64,000 bases of DNA from an uncultured Solirubrobacteraceae bacterium (GTDB taxonomy: Bacteria; Actinomycetota; Thermoleophilia; Solirubrobacterales; Solirubrobacteraceae), in contig CAVPBY010000085.1 of the NCBI GenBank assembly GCA_963702225.1, positions 6,663 to 70,662 of the forward strand, written 5' to 3'. The notes under the pieces were generated by a model that ran no database searches, was not told the DNA's origin, and saw only the letters and a list, made by a program, of their open reading frames with translations. Position 1 is the stretch's first letter; each line of letters starts with the position of its first letter. This document shows, in pieces, positions 50,230 through 60,805 of this stretch. The position numbers were made by a program, and so were the translations under genes.

Positions 50230-51960
50230 ATGGACAAGGGCGGCGTAGCCGTGGCCGGCAGTCGGGCCCCCGCGAGACGCCGCAGCTCGCGGCGCCGCCG
50301 GCTGCTCACGCACAGCGGCCCGGTCGCCGTGCTCGCGCTCGCCGCGTTCGCCGTCGGCGCGGCCGTCGGCAGCGGCCCGGGCCGCGACGAGCGCCACCTG
50401 GCCGGTCGCTACGTGACGCTGTGGACCCGCGGCGAGCTGGCCCGCATGTACCCGCTGCTCGACGCAGAGTCACGCGCGCGCGTCAGCGCACGCGCGTTCG
50501 CGGCCGAGATCGAGGCCGCCGCGCGGACCGCGACCGTGCGCTCGCTGCGGATGCTCGGCTCGCCGCAGATCACCTCCGCCGGCGCGTCCGTGGCGATGGC
50601 GGTCTCCACGCGCCTGTGGGGCACGCTGCACGAGACGCTCGTGCTGCCGTTGACCGGCTCGGGCTCACGCGCGCTCATCCACCTGCAGAGCTCGATTCTG
50701 TTCCCCGGCCTGCGTCCCGGCGAGTCGCTCACGCGCCGCACCGCGCTGCCGCCGCGGGCGACGCTGCTCTCCTCGACCGGCGTCCCGCTCGCCGAGGGCG
50801 CGGCCCGCACCAGCCCCGACCCGGTCGCCGCCGATGAGGTCGTCGGGGCGCTCGGCGCGATCCCGCCATCCGACCGGGTCCACTACGAGGCGCTCGGCTT
50901 CCCGCCGACCGCCAAGATCGGGCTCGACGGCCTCGAGCGGACGTTCCAGGCCCGGCTCGCCGGGCATCCGGGCGGGGTCCTGCTCGCCCACGGGCTGGTC
51001 GCCGGCGGCCGCACGCTCGCCCGCTCGACGCCGCTCGCGGGGGGGGCGGTGCGCACCACGATCAGCACTGCGCTCGAGGCCGACGCGATCGCCGCGCTCG
51101 GGAACCGCTACGCGGGGATGACCGTGATGAACCCCCGGACCGGTGGCCTGGACGCGATCGCCGGGCTCTCCTACGACGCCCCCCAGCCGCCGGGGTCGAC
51201 GATGAAGATCGTCACCGCCACCGCCGCGCTGCAGGCGGGGCTGGTGAAGCTGTCGACCGTGTTCCCCGAGCAGTCGGGGGTCACGATCGACGGGTTCACG
51301 ATGCACAACGCGGGCGGCGAGGTGTGCGGCGGCACGCTCATCAACGCGTTCGCGGTCTCCTGCAACTCGGTGTACGCGCCGCTCGGCGCGCGCGTCGGCG
51401 CCCAGCGGCTGGTCGCCGCCGCGCAGCGCTACGGCTTCGACCGCCCGCCCTCGATCCTGGGCGCGCAGGAGTCGACGATCCCGTCGGCGAAGGCGATCGG
51501 CTCGTCGCTGTCGGTCGCCTCCTCGGCGATCGGTCAGGGTCAGGTGCTCGCCACCCCGCTGGAGATGGCCGACGTGGCGGCGACGATCGCCGACGGCGGC
51601 CGGCGGCCGATCCCCACGCTGTCGGCGACGGCACGCCCGCGCTTCGTCCACGTCACCACCGCCAAGGTGGCGGGCGAGGTCAAGCAGATGATGATCGCCG
51701 TGATCACGTACGGGACCGGCGCGATCGCGCAGATCCCGGGCGTCCAGGTGGCCGGCAAGACCGGCACCGCCGAGCTGCGCAACACGGCCAGCAAGTCCGC
51801 CTCCAACAACCCCAAGAACACCGACTCCTGGTTCGTCGCGTTCGCGCCCGCGGGCGATCCGAAGGTCGTCGTCGCGGCGCTGTTCCCGGGCGCCGGCTAC
51901 GGCTCGGCGACCGCCGCGCCGGCGGTCAAGACGGTGATCGAGTCCGCGCTCGGGCACTGA
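50230..51960 (+). CDS. Penicillin-binding transpeptidase (class B-like)
   Basis: PGSTMK (SxxK), SCN (SxN), AGKTGT (KTG) and an N-terminal TM helix. Confidence 0.92.
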   Translation: MDKGGVAVAGSRAPARRRSSRRRRLLTHSGPVAVLALAAFAVGAAVGSGPGRDERHLAGRYVTLWTRGELARMYPLLDAESRARVSARAFAAEIEAAARTATVRSLRMLGSPQITSAGASVAMAVSTRLWGTLHETLVLPLTGSGSRALIHLQSSILFPGLRPGESLTRRTALPPRATLLSSTGVPLAEGAARTSPDPVAADEVVGALGAIPPSDRVHYEALGFPPTAKIGLDGLERTFQARLAGHPGGVLLAHGLVAGGRTLARSTPLAGGAVRTTISTALEADAIAALGNRYAGMTVMNPRTGGLDAIAGLSYDAPQPPGSTMKIVTATAALQAGLVKLSTVFPEQSGVTIDGFTMHNAGGEVCGGTLINAFAVSCNSVYAPLGARVGAQRLVAAAQRYGFDRPPSILGAQESTIPSAKAIGSSLSVASSAIGQGQVLATPLEMADVAATIADGGRRPIPTLSATARPRFVHVTTAKVAGEVKQMMIAVITYGTGAIAQIPGVQVAGKTGTAELRNTASKSASNNPKNTDSWFVAFAPAGDPKVVVAALFPGAGYGSATAAPAVKTVIESALGH

Positions 51961-51996
51961 CCCCCGGCTCGCCGCCCGGGTACCGGGCCCGTGCGC

Positions 51997-52620
51997 TCAG
52001 AGGTCGAGCGAGATCTCGCCGATGCGGGTGCCGCCCGGCGAGAGGATGTACAGCGTGAGCGGGCGGTTGGAGTAGATCGACGTGTTCAGCTTGAACAGGA
52101 CCAGCTTGCCGCCCGAGAAGTACTGGGAGGCGACCGAGTCCTGGCTGGGCTCGGTCTCGCCGTAGACGAGCGAGCGCGCGTTCCACGCGAACGGATTGAG
52201 GTTCGGGTTGAGCTTGGTCGGGCGGTAGACCGTCCCGGAGGTGTCGACGATCTCGAAGCTGTCGCTCGTCGTGATCGCCCGGTGGTGCTGGTTCTTGGCC
52301 CACAGGAACACGCCGTACCAGAGCTGGTCGGGCTTGATGCGATCGACCGCGGTGCCCGGCGGCAGGCCCTTGAAATACTGGCTGTCCTCCGCGGCCCACG
52401 GGTTGAGGACGCGGGAGATCTCGAGCTGGTAGGTGATCCCGCCGCTCTCGATGTACGTGCCGTCGTCGTTGTTGTCGGCGACCTGGTGGCCGACCAGGAC
52501 GCCCTGCTGCTGGTCCTTGGCGGTCGAATGCGCGGTGTCGTAGCTCGAGGTGGCGCAGCCGGTGGCGCCCACGGTGAGCGCGAGCGCGGCGGCGAGGACG
52601 GTCGGGCGGCGAAGGCTCAC
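51997..52620 (-). CDS. Hypothetical lipoprotein
   Basis: Signal peptide with ATGC lipobox; intact 207-aa ORF. Confidence 0.75.
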   Translation of the reverse strand: MSLRRPTVLAAALALTVGATGCATSSYDTAHSTAKDQQQGVLVGHQVADNNDDGTYIESGGITYQLEISRVLNPWAAEDSQYFKGLPPGTAVDRIKPDQLWYGVFLWAKNQHHRAITTSDSFEIVDTSGTVYRPTKLNPNLNPFAWNARSLVYGETEPSQDSVASQYFSGGKLVLFKLNTSIYSNRPLTLYILSPGGTRIGEISLDL

Positions 52621-52705
52621 GGCGGCGGAAGTCTAACGCCGGGGGGTGGATTGACGCGTCATCGCGCGCCCGTCCGGCGGTCCGCCCGCTGACGGTGCCG
52701 GCGGC

Positions 52706-53197
52706 TCACTCCTCGGCGTACCCGGCGCGGGCGCCGCGCTCCCGGCCGTCCTCGAGGATCGCCCGCAGCCGGCGAAGGGCGCGCTGGGACTTGCGCTTCT
52801 GCCAGGAGCGGCCGCCCATGATCTCCATCAGCTTGTCGGAGGGCATGTGCGGCTCGGTCTCGTAGGTGTACTGCACGCGCGTGCCGCCTGGGGCGGGCTG
52901 CAGCGTGTAGACGCCGAGCATCCGGACGCGGTTGTACTTGCCTCCCCGTCCGCGCTCGAGGATCCGGTAGGGAGCCTGCATGTCCGCGATGACCATGTCG
53001 CCCCAGGCGAAGCGGTTGCGCGGCATCCGCGACCGGAACGACGCCCCGGCGCCCACCCCGTAGGAGTTCATTCGGGTGAGATGCCAGTCGACCAGGTAGT
53101 GGTCGGAGAACTCCGCGCGGTTGGCGATGTCGGCGAGGTACTCGTAGACCTCCTCGCGCGGGCGGTTGATGGTCGTCGTGACGGTGAACGGCTCCAC
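52706..53197 (-). CDS. SRPBCC (START-like) family protein
   Basis: VTTTINRPREEVYEYLAD, GVGA, GGTRV and C-terminal LRRLRAILE. Confidence 0.85.
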   Translation of the reverse strand: MEPFTVTTTINRPREEVYEYLADIANRAEFSDHYLVDWHLTRMNSYGVGAGASFRSRMPRNRFAWGDMVIADMQAPYRILERGRGGKYNRVRMLGVYTLQPAPGGTRVQYTYETEPHMPSDKLMEIMGGRSWQKRKSQRALRRLRAILEDGRERGARAGYAEE

Positions 53198-53303
53198 GGC
53201 GCGGGATCTTAGTGCTCGGCCTGGCGAGGGCGCGGCGTCCGCGCGGCCCGGTTCCGGCGGCCCGGTTCCGACCGCCCGGCGGGCGAGGGCCGGCGCGGCG
53301 TGC

Positions 53304-53573
53304 CTAGGCAGCGGCGCGCGTGTCGGTGATCCGCATCGTGTGCCCGAACTCCGGCCCGTGCACGACGTGCGAGCCGGCGGGCACCGGCCCGCCGCGCCGG
53401 CGGCAGAGCTCGCACACGTGCTCGCCGGTGGGGTACTCGTAGATGCGTTCGCCGATCAGCGGGGTGCGATGGCAGCTGGTGCACCGCTCCGAGGCTCCGG
53501 CCAGGCGCTCGTCGAGGCCGCGGCGCAGCAGCGCCAGCTCGAGCTCCAGCATGTCCTGCGCCGAGGTCGCCAT
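53304..53573 (-). CDS. Small zinc-finger hypothetical protein
   Basis: CTSCHRTPLIGE...VCELC (two CxxC motifs). Confidence 0.7.
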   Translation of the reverse strand: MATSAQDMLELELALLRRGLDERLAGASERCTSCHRTPLIGERIYEYPTGEHVCELCRRRGGPVPAGSHVVHGPEFGHTMRITDTRAAA

Positions 53574-53818
53574 GGCGACGTATTCGCACCCGGCCGCGCC
53601 GATCCTTCCCGTGCACGAACTCGCTCGCGGGCGCCGGACGCGTCGATCCGGCGCCGCCGGGGCGCTGGACGAAAGGCCCTAAACGTTCGCCGGGCCTTGT
53701 CTGCTCTTTAGATTCACTTTGCGAGCCGGGGGCTATCATCTGCGGACACGCTCGCCGGTCCGACGGTTTCGCCCCCGAGCCGTCGTCCGGGGAGTCCAGC
53801 GCCCCAAGGAGTCGGTCT

Positions 53819-54406
53819 ATGAAAGCTTGGACCTCAGGAAGTGTTGCCGGAACAGGGACTTTCCGTTGCACGGAATGCGATTCTCCGGTGTCGCTGGACG
53901 CGGCTCACGAACTGCCCACCTGCCCCAACTGCGGGGGGACCGAGTTCGTCCGGGCGTCGCTGTTCACCACGTCGCAGCAGCCGCTGCTCGATCTCGGCGG
54001 CACGACCGTCGAGGATGCCTCCTGGCTCGGTGAGATCCGCAGCGCGCTCACCGATCCCGGCCAGTACATCGTCTACCGGTCCGACGCGGACCCGGTTGCC
54101 TATGCACTGACGCGCGAGTGGACCCGCATCGGACGCAGTCTCGCTGCGGACATCCGCTTCGACGACCCGACCGTGTCGCGCCGGCACGCGCTGATCGTGC
54201 GCCAGCCCGACGGCCTGCGGGTGCTCGACGACCGCAGCCTCAACGGCGTGTTCGTCAACGGCGAACGGGTCGAGTGGTCGACGCTCGCCGACGGCGACGA
54301 GGTCGTCATCGGTCGCCATCACCTGCACTTCATCGACGTGCCGGCGATCACCGGGATGCGCTACCAGCACGCGCCCGACTCGAGCGCCGACGCCTCGCAC
54401 GCGTAG
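53819..54406 (+). CDS. Zinc-ribbon + FHA domain protein
   Basis: GTGTFRCTEC...LPTCPNCG, then FHA motifs IGR, VSRRHA and SLNGVFVNG. AGGAG RBS upstream. Confidence 0.92.
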   Translation: MKAWTSGSVAGTGTFRCTECDSPVSLDAAHELPTCPNCGGTEFVRASLFTTSQQPLLDLGGTTVEDASWLGEIRSALTDPGQYIVYRSDADPVAYALTREWTRIGRSLAADIRFDDPTVSRRHALIVRQPDGLRVLDDRSLNGVFVNGERVEWSTLADGDEVVIGRHHLHFIDVPAITGMRYQHAPDSSADASHA

Positions 54407-54462
54407 GCGCGTAACCGCCTCTCACACACCGCCGCGGCCATGCGCGACAAAAGTCCGCGCGC

Positions 54463-55335
54463 ATGGTCGAGACGATCGCGGTTCTGTCCCAGAAGGGCGG
54501 GACCGGCAAGACGACGACGGTGCGCACCCTGACCGATGTCTACCGGCGCGTCGGCCTCTCGGTGCTCGCGGTCGACCTCGACCCGCAGGGCAACCTCTCC
54601 GACTACCTGGACGTCGATCCCGACGCCTCGCCGACGATCGGCGACGTGCTCTCGGGCCGGGCCAAGGCGACCGCCGCCGTTTATGACGGCGTGATCCCGG
54701 CGAACCTCAACCTCGCGGAGGCCGAGCTCGCGCTCGGCGGCAAGATGGGCCGCGAGCTCACCCTCAAGAAGGCGCTGCGGGAGGTGTCGGGCGGTTATGA
54801 CCTGGTGCTCATCGACTGCCCGCCGGCGCTCGGCCTGCTCACCGTCAACGCGCTCGTCGCCGCCGACCACGCGCTGCTGTCCGCCGAGGCGCAGTACTTC
54901 GCGCTGCAGGGCGTCGAGCAGGCGCTCGAGGTGATCGAGCTGGCCCGGGAGACCCTCAACCCCGGCCTGGAGTGGCTCGGCGTCGTGCTCAACATCGCCG
55001 ACATGCGCACCCGCCACTCACGGGAGGCGTTTCAGTCGCTGCGCTCACACTTCGGCGACCGGCTGCTCGACACGACGATCCGCTCCTCGATCGCGTATGC
55101 GGAGTCGTCGGAGCGGGCCGTGTCGATCATCGACTACCGCCCCGATCTCGGCGCCGACTACCTCGCGGTCGCCGACGAGCTGCTGCGTCGGCTGGGGATC
55201 CAGCGCGGCCGCCGCGCGCTGAGCGCGCTGCTGCACGAGGCCGCCCCGGCGACCGCCGACGTCGCCGGCGACGGAGCCCGCCGCCATCCTAGGGCCGCGA
55301 GATCGCGACCTCCCGGATCGCGGCGGCGAGCTTGA
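54463..55335 (+). CDS. ParA/Soj-family ATPase (no parB in the window)
   Basis: QKGGTGKTT, DLDPQGN, IDCPPALG and ALVAAD. Confidence 0.93.
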   Translation: MVETIAVLSQKGGTGKTTTVRTLTDVYRRVGLSVLAVDLDPQGNLSDYLDVDPDASPTIGDVLSGRAKATAAVYDGVIPANLNLAEAELALGGKMGRELTLKKALREVSGGYDLVLIDCPPALGLLTVNALVAADHALLSAEAQYFALQGVEQALEVIELARETLNPGLEWLGVVLNIADMRTRHSREAFQSLRSHFGDRLLDTTIRSSIAYAESSERAVSIIDYRPDLGADYLAVADELLRRLGIQRGRRALSALLHEAAPATADVAGDGARRHPRAARSRPPGSRRRA

Positions 55336-56475
55336 CGACGCGCAGCAGCCTGAGGTCGTCGGTGTAGATCGCGAGCGTTCCGCGCAGCAGCGACGCGGCG
55401 ACGACATAGTGGTCCGCCGCGTCGAGCTCGAACGATCCGTACGGTGCGGAGGTCCGCCTGACGACGTGACCGGTCGTGGCGTTGACCTTCTCGATCGTGC
55501 TGCCGTGGCCGCTGGTCAGATACGCGTCGCTCCCCTCGAAGACGAGATGCTGGGCGCAGCGCCGACCGGGACCCCGAACAGCGCGTGATGCGTGCGCGCG
55601 TCGAAGACGGTGACGTCCGGGCCGGCGGCCGAGGTGACCCAGACCGTCCGGCCGCCGGGGCCGAACGCGAGGTCGTGGGCCGCAAACCCGGGCGTGAAGT
55701 GGCCGACCACGTGTGGACGACCGGGATCGACGACGGGGCGCGACCGCGGCTGCGGCACGCGTGGGCGGGCGCCGAGGATCGTGATCTGCCGCGCCGCCTC
55801 CCCGAGCGCCACCCACACCCTCAGCTCATCCGGTCTGAACGCGAGGTGGTGGGCCCCTGACCCGACCGACAGCGTTCTCGTCATCCTCATGTCGCTGAGT
55901 CGGATCACGCTGAGCGTGCCACGGGAGTCGTCGGTGATGTACGCGTATGCGCCGTCGGGCGAGATCGCGACGATATGCGGCTCCCGGAAGCCCGCGAACG
56001 TCCTGATCGTCCTCAGGGTGTGGCGGTTCAGGATCGTCACCTTTCCCGCGCGAGAGCTGACGACGATCACGATCCCGCCGTTGCCGGACGCGGCGATGTC
56101 CTCGGGATCGGCGGGCAACGACACCGACCGCGCGACCCGCCCGCTCGGGAGGTCGACCACGAGCAGGCGGCTCTGGGCCTCGTCCGTGACCAGCGCCTGG
56201 GGCGGCGCGGGCGCCCGCATCGTGGACACCCGGGAGGTCGCCGGGATCGCGGGTCGGGCGGGCGACCGCACCCGCCTCACCGGCCGACCCGGTGTCACCG
56301 GCCGCTCCGGTGTCACCGGCCGCTCCGGTCTCACCGGCCGCTCCGGTCTCACCGGCCGCTCCGGTCTCACCGGCCGATCCGGTCTCACCGGACGCTTCGG
56401 GCCCGGCTGACCGGAGCCGCACGCGGCCACGAGCAGCGTCAGCGCGAGCGGCGCCGCCGCGCGCAGTGGTCTCAT
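55289..56475 (-). CDS. YncE/YVTN-like beta-propeller lipoprotein, frameshifted
   Basis: Lipobox LVAAC, a Pro/Arg linker and blades (PEDI, PHIVAISPDG, AHHLAFRPD, AHDLAFGPGG). Confidence 0.8.
56277..56402. repeat. 18-bp coding tandem repeat x7 (PV[R/T]PER-like)
   Basis: TCACCGGCCGCTCCGGTS units counted directly. Confidence 0.93.
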
Positions 56476-57641
56476 CCTGGGGCCCCGGCCGCCTCGCAGC
56501 ACCAGCCCTCGAGCTGCTGATGGGTGCCGCTCGCGCCCCGGGTCGCGAACTGCCGGGTGATGTTCGAGACCGCGGCGATCCGTGGCGGTCCCGCGACGCG
56601 CACGAACACCCATTGGTCGGCGGCCGGCCAGCTGACCAGCAGCCATCGGCCGTTCGGTGACCACACGACCTGCCTGAGCCCCACCCCGGCCAGCACGCGC
56701 CGGCCGGCCGACTCCGGAGCGGTGAGCCCGTCGAGGATCGCGCCGCTGCCGCGTCCGCCCGAGATCAGGGCGACGGTACGGCCGTCGGGTGAGAGCGCCC
56801 CGTCGACGATCGGCCCGCCGCCCGGAGCCGGACGCGCGGTGACCAGCCGGCCGTCGGCCGCATAGACGAGCACCCTCGTGCGCGAGAGCGTGAGCAGGCG
56901 CTCGCCGTCCGCCGACCACGACAGCCGGCGAACGCGGGTGCGCGGTGTCGCGGACCACAGCTCGGCGCCGGTGTCGCCATCGCGGACGACCAGCCTGCCG
57001 CCGGCGGTCATGTACGCCAGCTGATAGGGGTGGCCCGGGCGCCACGCCGGCGCCACATGCGCGACCCGCTCGGCGAGCGCGTGATCGCCGGTGCCGTCAC
57101 CCGCCAGCACGCGCAGCGCGTCGCCTGACAGGTACGCGAGGCGGTAACCGGTCGGCGAGTACCAGCGCGGATCGCTCACCCGGGGCCGGGTGAGCGTCCA
57201 CTGCACCACTCCGCGCGGATTCACCGCCGCGAGTGCGTTGCCATCGCTCACGGCCAGGTACCGGCCGTGCGGGGACCAGCTCGCCGCGCTCCACCGTCCG
57301 ATCCGCCGGGCGGAGCCGTTGGCGGCGATCGTCCACGTTGCGCCGGGCCCCGACACCAGCAGCCGCCCGGGGGCGGGCAGCGAGAACAGCGCCGGGGCGG
57401 CGTGGCGCACGCCGAGCGCACGGCCGATCAGGCGTCCGACGGTCGCTCCGGCAGGTGACAGCGCGAGCGCGCCGGCGAGCGCCAGCGACGCGGCGACGAC
57501 GCCGGCGGGCCGGCGGAGGGACCGGCGTCGGGCGAGCGGCGCGTTCTGCCGGTACGCGGAGCGCACGACGTCCCACGCCCGCTGTTCGGCATGCTGCTCG
57601 CCGGGCACGCGAAGCCCGCCGAGGGCGCGCCGGGCGTTCAT
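56472..57641 (-). CDS. Single-TM protein with TolB/WD40-like beta-propeller (putative anti-sigma/sensor)
   Basis: MNARRALG...AEQRAW, a TM helix, then repeated WSPHGR/WSADGE/LSPDGR/WSPNGR. ATGA overlap with the sigma gene. Confidence 0.75.
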   Translation of the reverse strand: MNARRALGGLRVPGEQHAEQRAWDVVRSAYRQNAPLARRRSLRRPAGVVAASLALAGALALSPAGATVGRLIGRALGVRHAAPALFSLPAPGRLLVSGPGATWTIAANGSARRIGRWSAASWSPHGRYLAVSDGNALAAVNPRGVVQWTLTRPRVSDPRWYSPTGYRLAYLSGDALRVLAGDGTGDHALAERVAHVAPAWRPGHPYQLAYMTAGGRLVVRDGDTGAELWSATPRTRVRRLSWSADGERLLTLSRTRVLVYAADGRLVTARPAPGGGPIVDGALSPDGRTVALISGGRGSGAILDGLTAPESAGRRVLAGVGLRQVVWSPNGRWLLVSWPAADQWVFVRVAGPPRIAAVSNITRQFATRGASGTHQQLEGWCCEAAGAPG

Positions 57642-58250
57642 CGCAGCTCGACCTCCCGCAACCGTGATTCGAGCGTGTCCAGCCCCCGCCGCAGCCGGGA
57701 GTTGACCGTGCCGCGCGGCAGCTCCAGCGCGCGCGGCGATCTCGCCCGGCGTGTAGTCGAGCACGTACCGCATGACCACCACTGCGCGGTGCTCGGGCGA
57801 GAGCGCCGCCAGCGCCGCCACCACCTCCTCGGAGTACCGGCCGGCCCACCGGTCGGGCGGGGATGCCTGCTCGGGCCCCGGATCGCCGATCTCCCGGCGC
57901 GCGCCGCGCGCGCGGACCCAATCGATCGCGCGATTGGCGACGATCGCTCCCAGCCACGGCCCGAACGGTCGCCGCCGGTCGAATCGATCCAGCCGGCGGA
58001 CGGCGGCGACGAACGCCTCCTGGGCGATGTCCTCCGCGGCCGCGTGATCGTGGACGATCAGGAACGCCGCCCGGTAGGCCCGCGGCCAGTGACGCCGGAA
58101 CAGCACCTCGAGATCGGACTCCGCGCCGGCGAGCGCGCCGGCGACCAGCGAGCGGTCGCTGCGCGGGCGGTGCCGTCGCGCCCGCGGCAGCGGGACGGCG
58201 GCCGCGAAGCTCTCAGCCGCGCTCGGCACCGGCTCACCGGGAGAGGTCAT
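57638..58250 (-). CDS. ECF RNA polymerase sigma factor, frameshift near 57730
   Basis: AEDIAQEAF, FGPWL, NRAIDW, LSPEHRAVV and GTVNSRLRR. Confidence 0.9.
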
Positions 58251-58337
58251 GGTGTGGGCACATCGTCCCCTCTACGGGCCACGGCAGGCAAGAGGTCCGC
58301 CCGGCCCCCCGGCGCGCGCGCCCCGATCACCGGCAGA

Positions 58338-58820
58338 TCACCGCCGGGACCCCGGCCCGACCACGAAGTCGATCCGGATCCGGCCCGCCTGGCCCGCCAG
58401 CTTGCGCACCCGAAAGCGCCACGTCGCGGACGGCATCGGGCACGCCTCCAGCGCCTCGGAGCAGACGACGACGCCGCCCTGATGCGCGCAGGCCTCCGGC
58501 GGCCCAGACCGAGTGCGGGGGGTCGAGATGCCCACTTCGGCGAGGCCGGGAATCACGCCCGTGACCTCCACGCGGGTGCCGGGCAAGGCGATCACCGCAA
58601 GCAGACGGATGACGCCGGCGGGCTCGACGAGCTCGAGCCGGCGCTCGCTCGCTCCCGCCGCGGTCCGGATCACCACCCGTGGCGCGCCGGCCGGCGCGCG
58701 GACATTCGGCCGTCCGGGCCCGTTCACGCGCCCGGCGGCGGCGGGATCGCCGCCCGCCGGCGACGACCACACCGCGGCCGCGATCGAGACCAGTGCCACC
58801 GCTGCGAGGACCGTGCGCAC
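58338..58820 (-). CDS. Hypothetical secreted protein
   Basis: Signal-peptide-like start VRTVLAAVALVSIAAAVW; three Cys residues near the C-terminus. Confidence 0.55.
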   Translation of the reverse strand: MRTVLAAVALVSIAAAVWSSPAGGDPAAAGRVNGPGRPNVRAPAGAPRVVIRTAAGASERRLELVEPAGVIRLLAVIALPGTRVEVTGVIPGLAEVGISTPRTRSGPPEACAHQGGVVVCSEALEACPMPSATWRFRVRKLAGQAGRIRIDFVVGPGSRR

Positions 58821-58909
58821 GCCCCCTATACGGGCGCCGCCCACCGCCAGGTCCCTGTCGACGATCCGATCGGCGACGGGCGGCGGCGCCGCCCCGTGTC
58901 CGGTCCTGC

Positions 58910-59767
58910 TCAGAGCTCGCGCACGTCGGCGCCCTGTGGCTCGAACGGCGCCCGCAGGACCGCCGCCCAGCCGTCGGCCTCCGCCTGCAGCCGCTCCATC
59001 ACCGCGCCGGTCTGCTCGTATCGGCACCACACGAGCACGGTCGGTCCGGCCCCCGAGATCGTCGCGCCGAGCGCCCCCAGCGCGGGCGCCCGGTCCAGCA
59101 GCGCGGCCGACCTCGGGAACAGGCGCGCGCGATGGGGCTGGTGGAGGCGATCGCCCAGGCCGGCGGCGATGCAATCGTAATCACCAAGGCTCAGGCCGAG
59201 GGTGAGAGTCGCGATCGAGGCGAGGTTCGACACCGCGTCGGCCATCTCGACCGCCGCCGGCAGCGCCGCCCGCGCCGTCTCGGTGCGCACCGGCGCGTCG
59301 GGGACGACGAGCAGCGCCTCCAGGCCCATCGGCGCCTCCAGGCGGTGCACCTGCTCGCCCTGGCAGATGACGATCCCGCCGTGCAGCGCGGCGGCGACGT
59401 TGTCGGGATGGCCCTCCAATGCGGTCGCCGCCGCCATCACGTCGGCGTCGAGCTCGAACAGGTGGTCGGCGGCGACGAGCCCGGCGACGATCGCCGCCGC
59501 GCTGGAGCCGAGGCCGCCCGAGAGCGGGATTTGCGAGTCGATCCGGAACTGGAAGTCGCCGGCCGGATGCAGCGACTCGAACGCGCGCACGATCAGGTTG
59601 GAGCGGTCCCGCGGCACGTCGAGCTCGGTGTGGACCGCGAACGAGCCGGTCTCGACCACCTCGACCTCGAGCGCGAGCGCGAGCGCCGCCGCCATCACGT
59701 CGAACCCGGGGCCGAGGTTGGCGGTCGATGCCGGGACGCGGACGACCCGCCGGCGCCCCAGCGTCAT
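58910..59767 (-). CDS. thrB: Homoserine kinase
   Basis: [38 protein letters not shown] and SGAGPT. Confidence 0.96.
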   Translation of the reverse strand: MTLGRRRVVRVPASTANLGPGFDVMAAALALALEVEVVETGSFAVHTELDVPRDRSNLIVRAFESLHPAGDFQFRIDSQIPLSGGLGSSAAAIVAGLVAADHLFELDADVMAAATALEGHPDNVAAALHGGIVICQGEQVHRLEAPMGLEALLVVPDAPVRTETARAALPAAVEMADAVSNLASIATLTLGLSLGDYDCIAAGLGDRLHQPHRARLFPRSAALLDRAPALGALGATISGAGPTVLVWCRYEQTGAVMERLQAEADGWAAVLRAPFEPQGADVREL

Positions 59768-60777
59768 CCGAGGACCGCGTGCTCGAGCGCGCCGATCTCC
59801 GCGTCGCACGCGAGCACGCCGCCGGCCTGCTCGAGCGCCGTCTGCGGATCCTTGAGCCCGTTGCCGGTGAGGACGCACGCGATCCGCTGGGCGCCGCCCG
59901 CCCCGTGCGCGATCAGGCCGGCCACCGACGCGGCCGACGCGGGCTCGCAGAACACCCCCTCGGTCGTCGCCAGCAGCCGGTAGGCGTCGAGGATCTGAAC
60001 GTCTGAGACCTTGTTGACCGCGCCGCCCGAGCGCGTCATCGCGTTCATCGCGTCCTCCCAGCGCGCCGGGTTGCCGATCCGGATCGCGCTCGCCACGGTC
60101 TCGGGATGGGCGACCGGAGCGCCGTCGACCAGCGGCGCCGCGCCCGCCGCCTGGAAGCCGAACATCCTCGGGGCCATCCCGAGCTCTGAGAACCCTCGCC
60201 AGTAGGCGGTGATGTTGCCGGCGTTCCCCACCGGGATGCAGAGTGCGTCGAGCTCACCGGCAAGATCCTCGGCGAGCTCGAAGGCGCCCGTCTTCTGGCC
60301 CTCGATCCGGAACTCGTTGACCGAGTTGACCAGCGAGATCGGGTGGCCGGCCGAGAGCTCGCGCACGAGCTCCAGCGCGCGGTCGAAGTTGCCGCGCAGC
60401 GACACGACCTGGGCGCCGAAGGCGAGCGCCTGAGCGAGCTTGCCGGTCGCGATCTTTCCCTCCGGGACGATCACCGCGCAGCGCAGGCCGGCGCGCGCGG
60501 CGTATGCGGCGGCGCTCGCGGCGGTGTTCCCGGTCGAGGCGCACACGACCGCCTCCGCGCCCTCGCGCACGGCGGCCGACACCGCGCAGGTCATCCCCCG
60601 GTCCTTGAAGCTGCCGGTCGGGTTGGACCCCTCGAGCTTGAGCCAGACGTCGGCGCCCACCCGCTCCGACAGCCGCGGGGCGTGGAGGAGCGGCGTCGAG
60701 CCCTCCTGCAGTGTGACCACGGGGTCGTCGTCGGCGAACGGCAGCCGCTCGCGATATCGCTCGATCACCCCTCGCAT
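59764..60777 (-). CDS. thrC: Threonine synthase
   Basis: [30 protein letters not shown] and LTGNGLKDP. Confidence 0.96.
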   Translation of the reverse strand: MRGVIERYRERLPFADDDPVVTLQEGSTPLLHAPRLSERVGADVWLKLEGSNPTGSFKDRGMTCAVSAAVREGAEAVVCASTGNTAASAAAYAARAGLRCAVIVPEGKIATGKLAQALAFGAQVVSLRGNFDRALELVRELSAGHPISLVNSVNEFRIEGQKTGAFELAEDLAGELDALCIPVGNAGNITAYWRGFSELGMAPRMFGFQAAGAAPLVDGAPVAHPETVASAIRIGNPARWEDAMNAMTRSGGAVNKVSDVQILDAYRLLATTEGVFCEPASAASVAGLIAHGAGGAQRIACVLTGNGLKDPQTALEQAGGVLACDAEIGALEHAVLG

Positions 60778-60805
60778 CGCCGTTACCAGAACCCCGCCAT
60801 CGCCG

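Noticed and set aside
56472-58250. 592-aa sigma factor-propeller fusion in the ORF track
   Set aside because: A frameshift near 57730 moves sigma region 4 (GTVNSRLRR) into another frame, which stops at an ATGA overlap. These are two genes.
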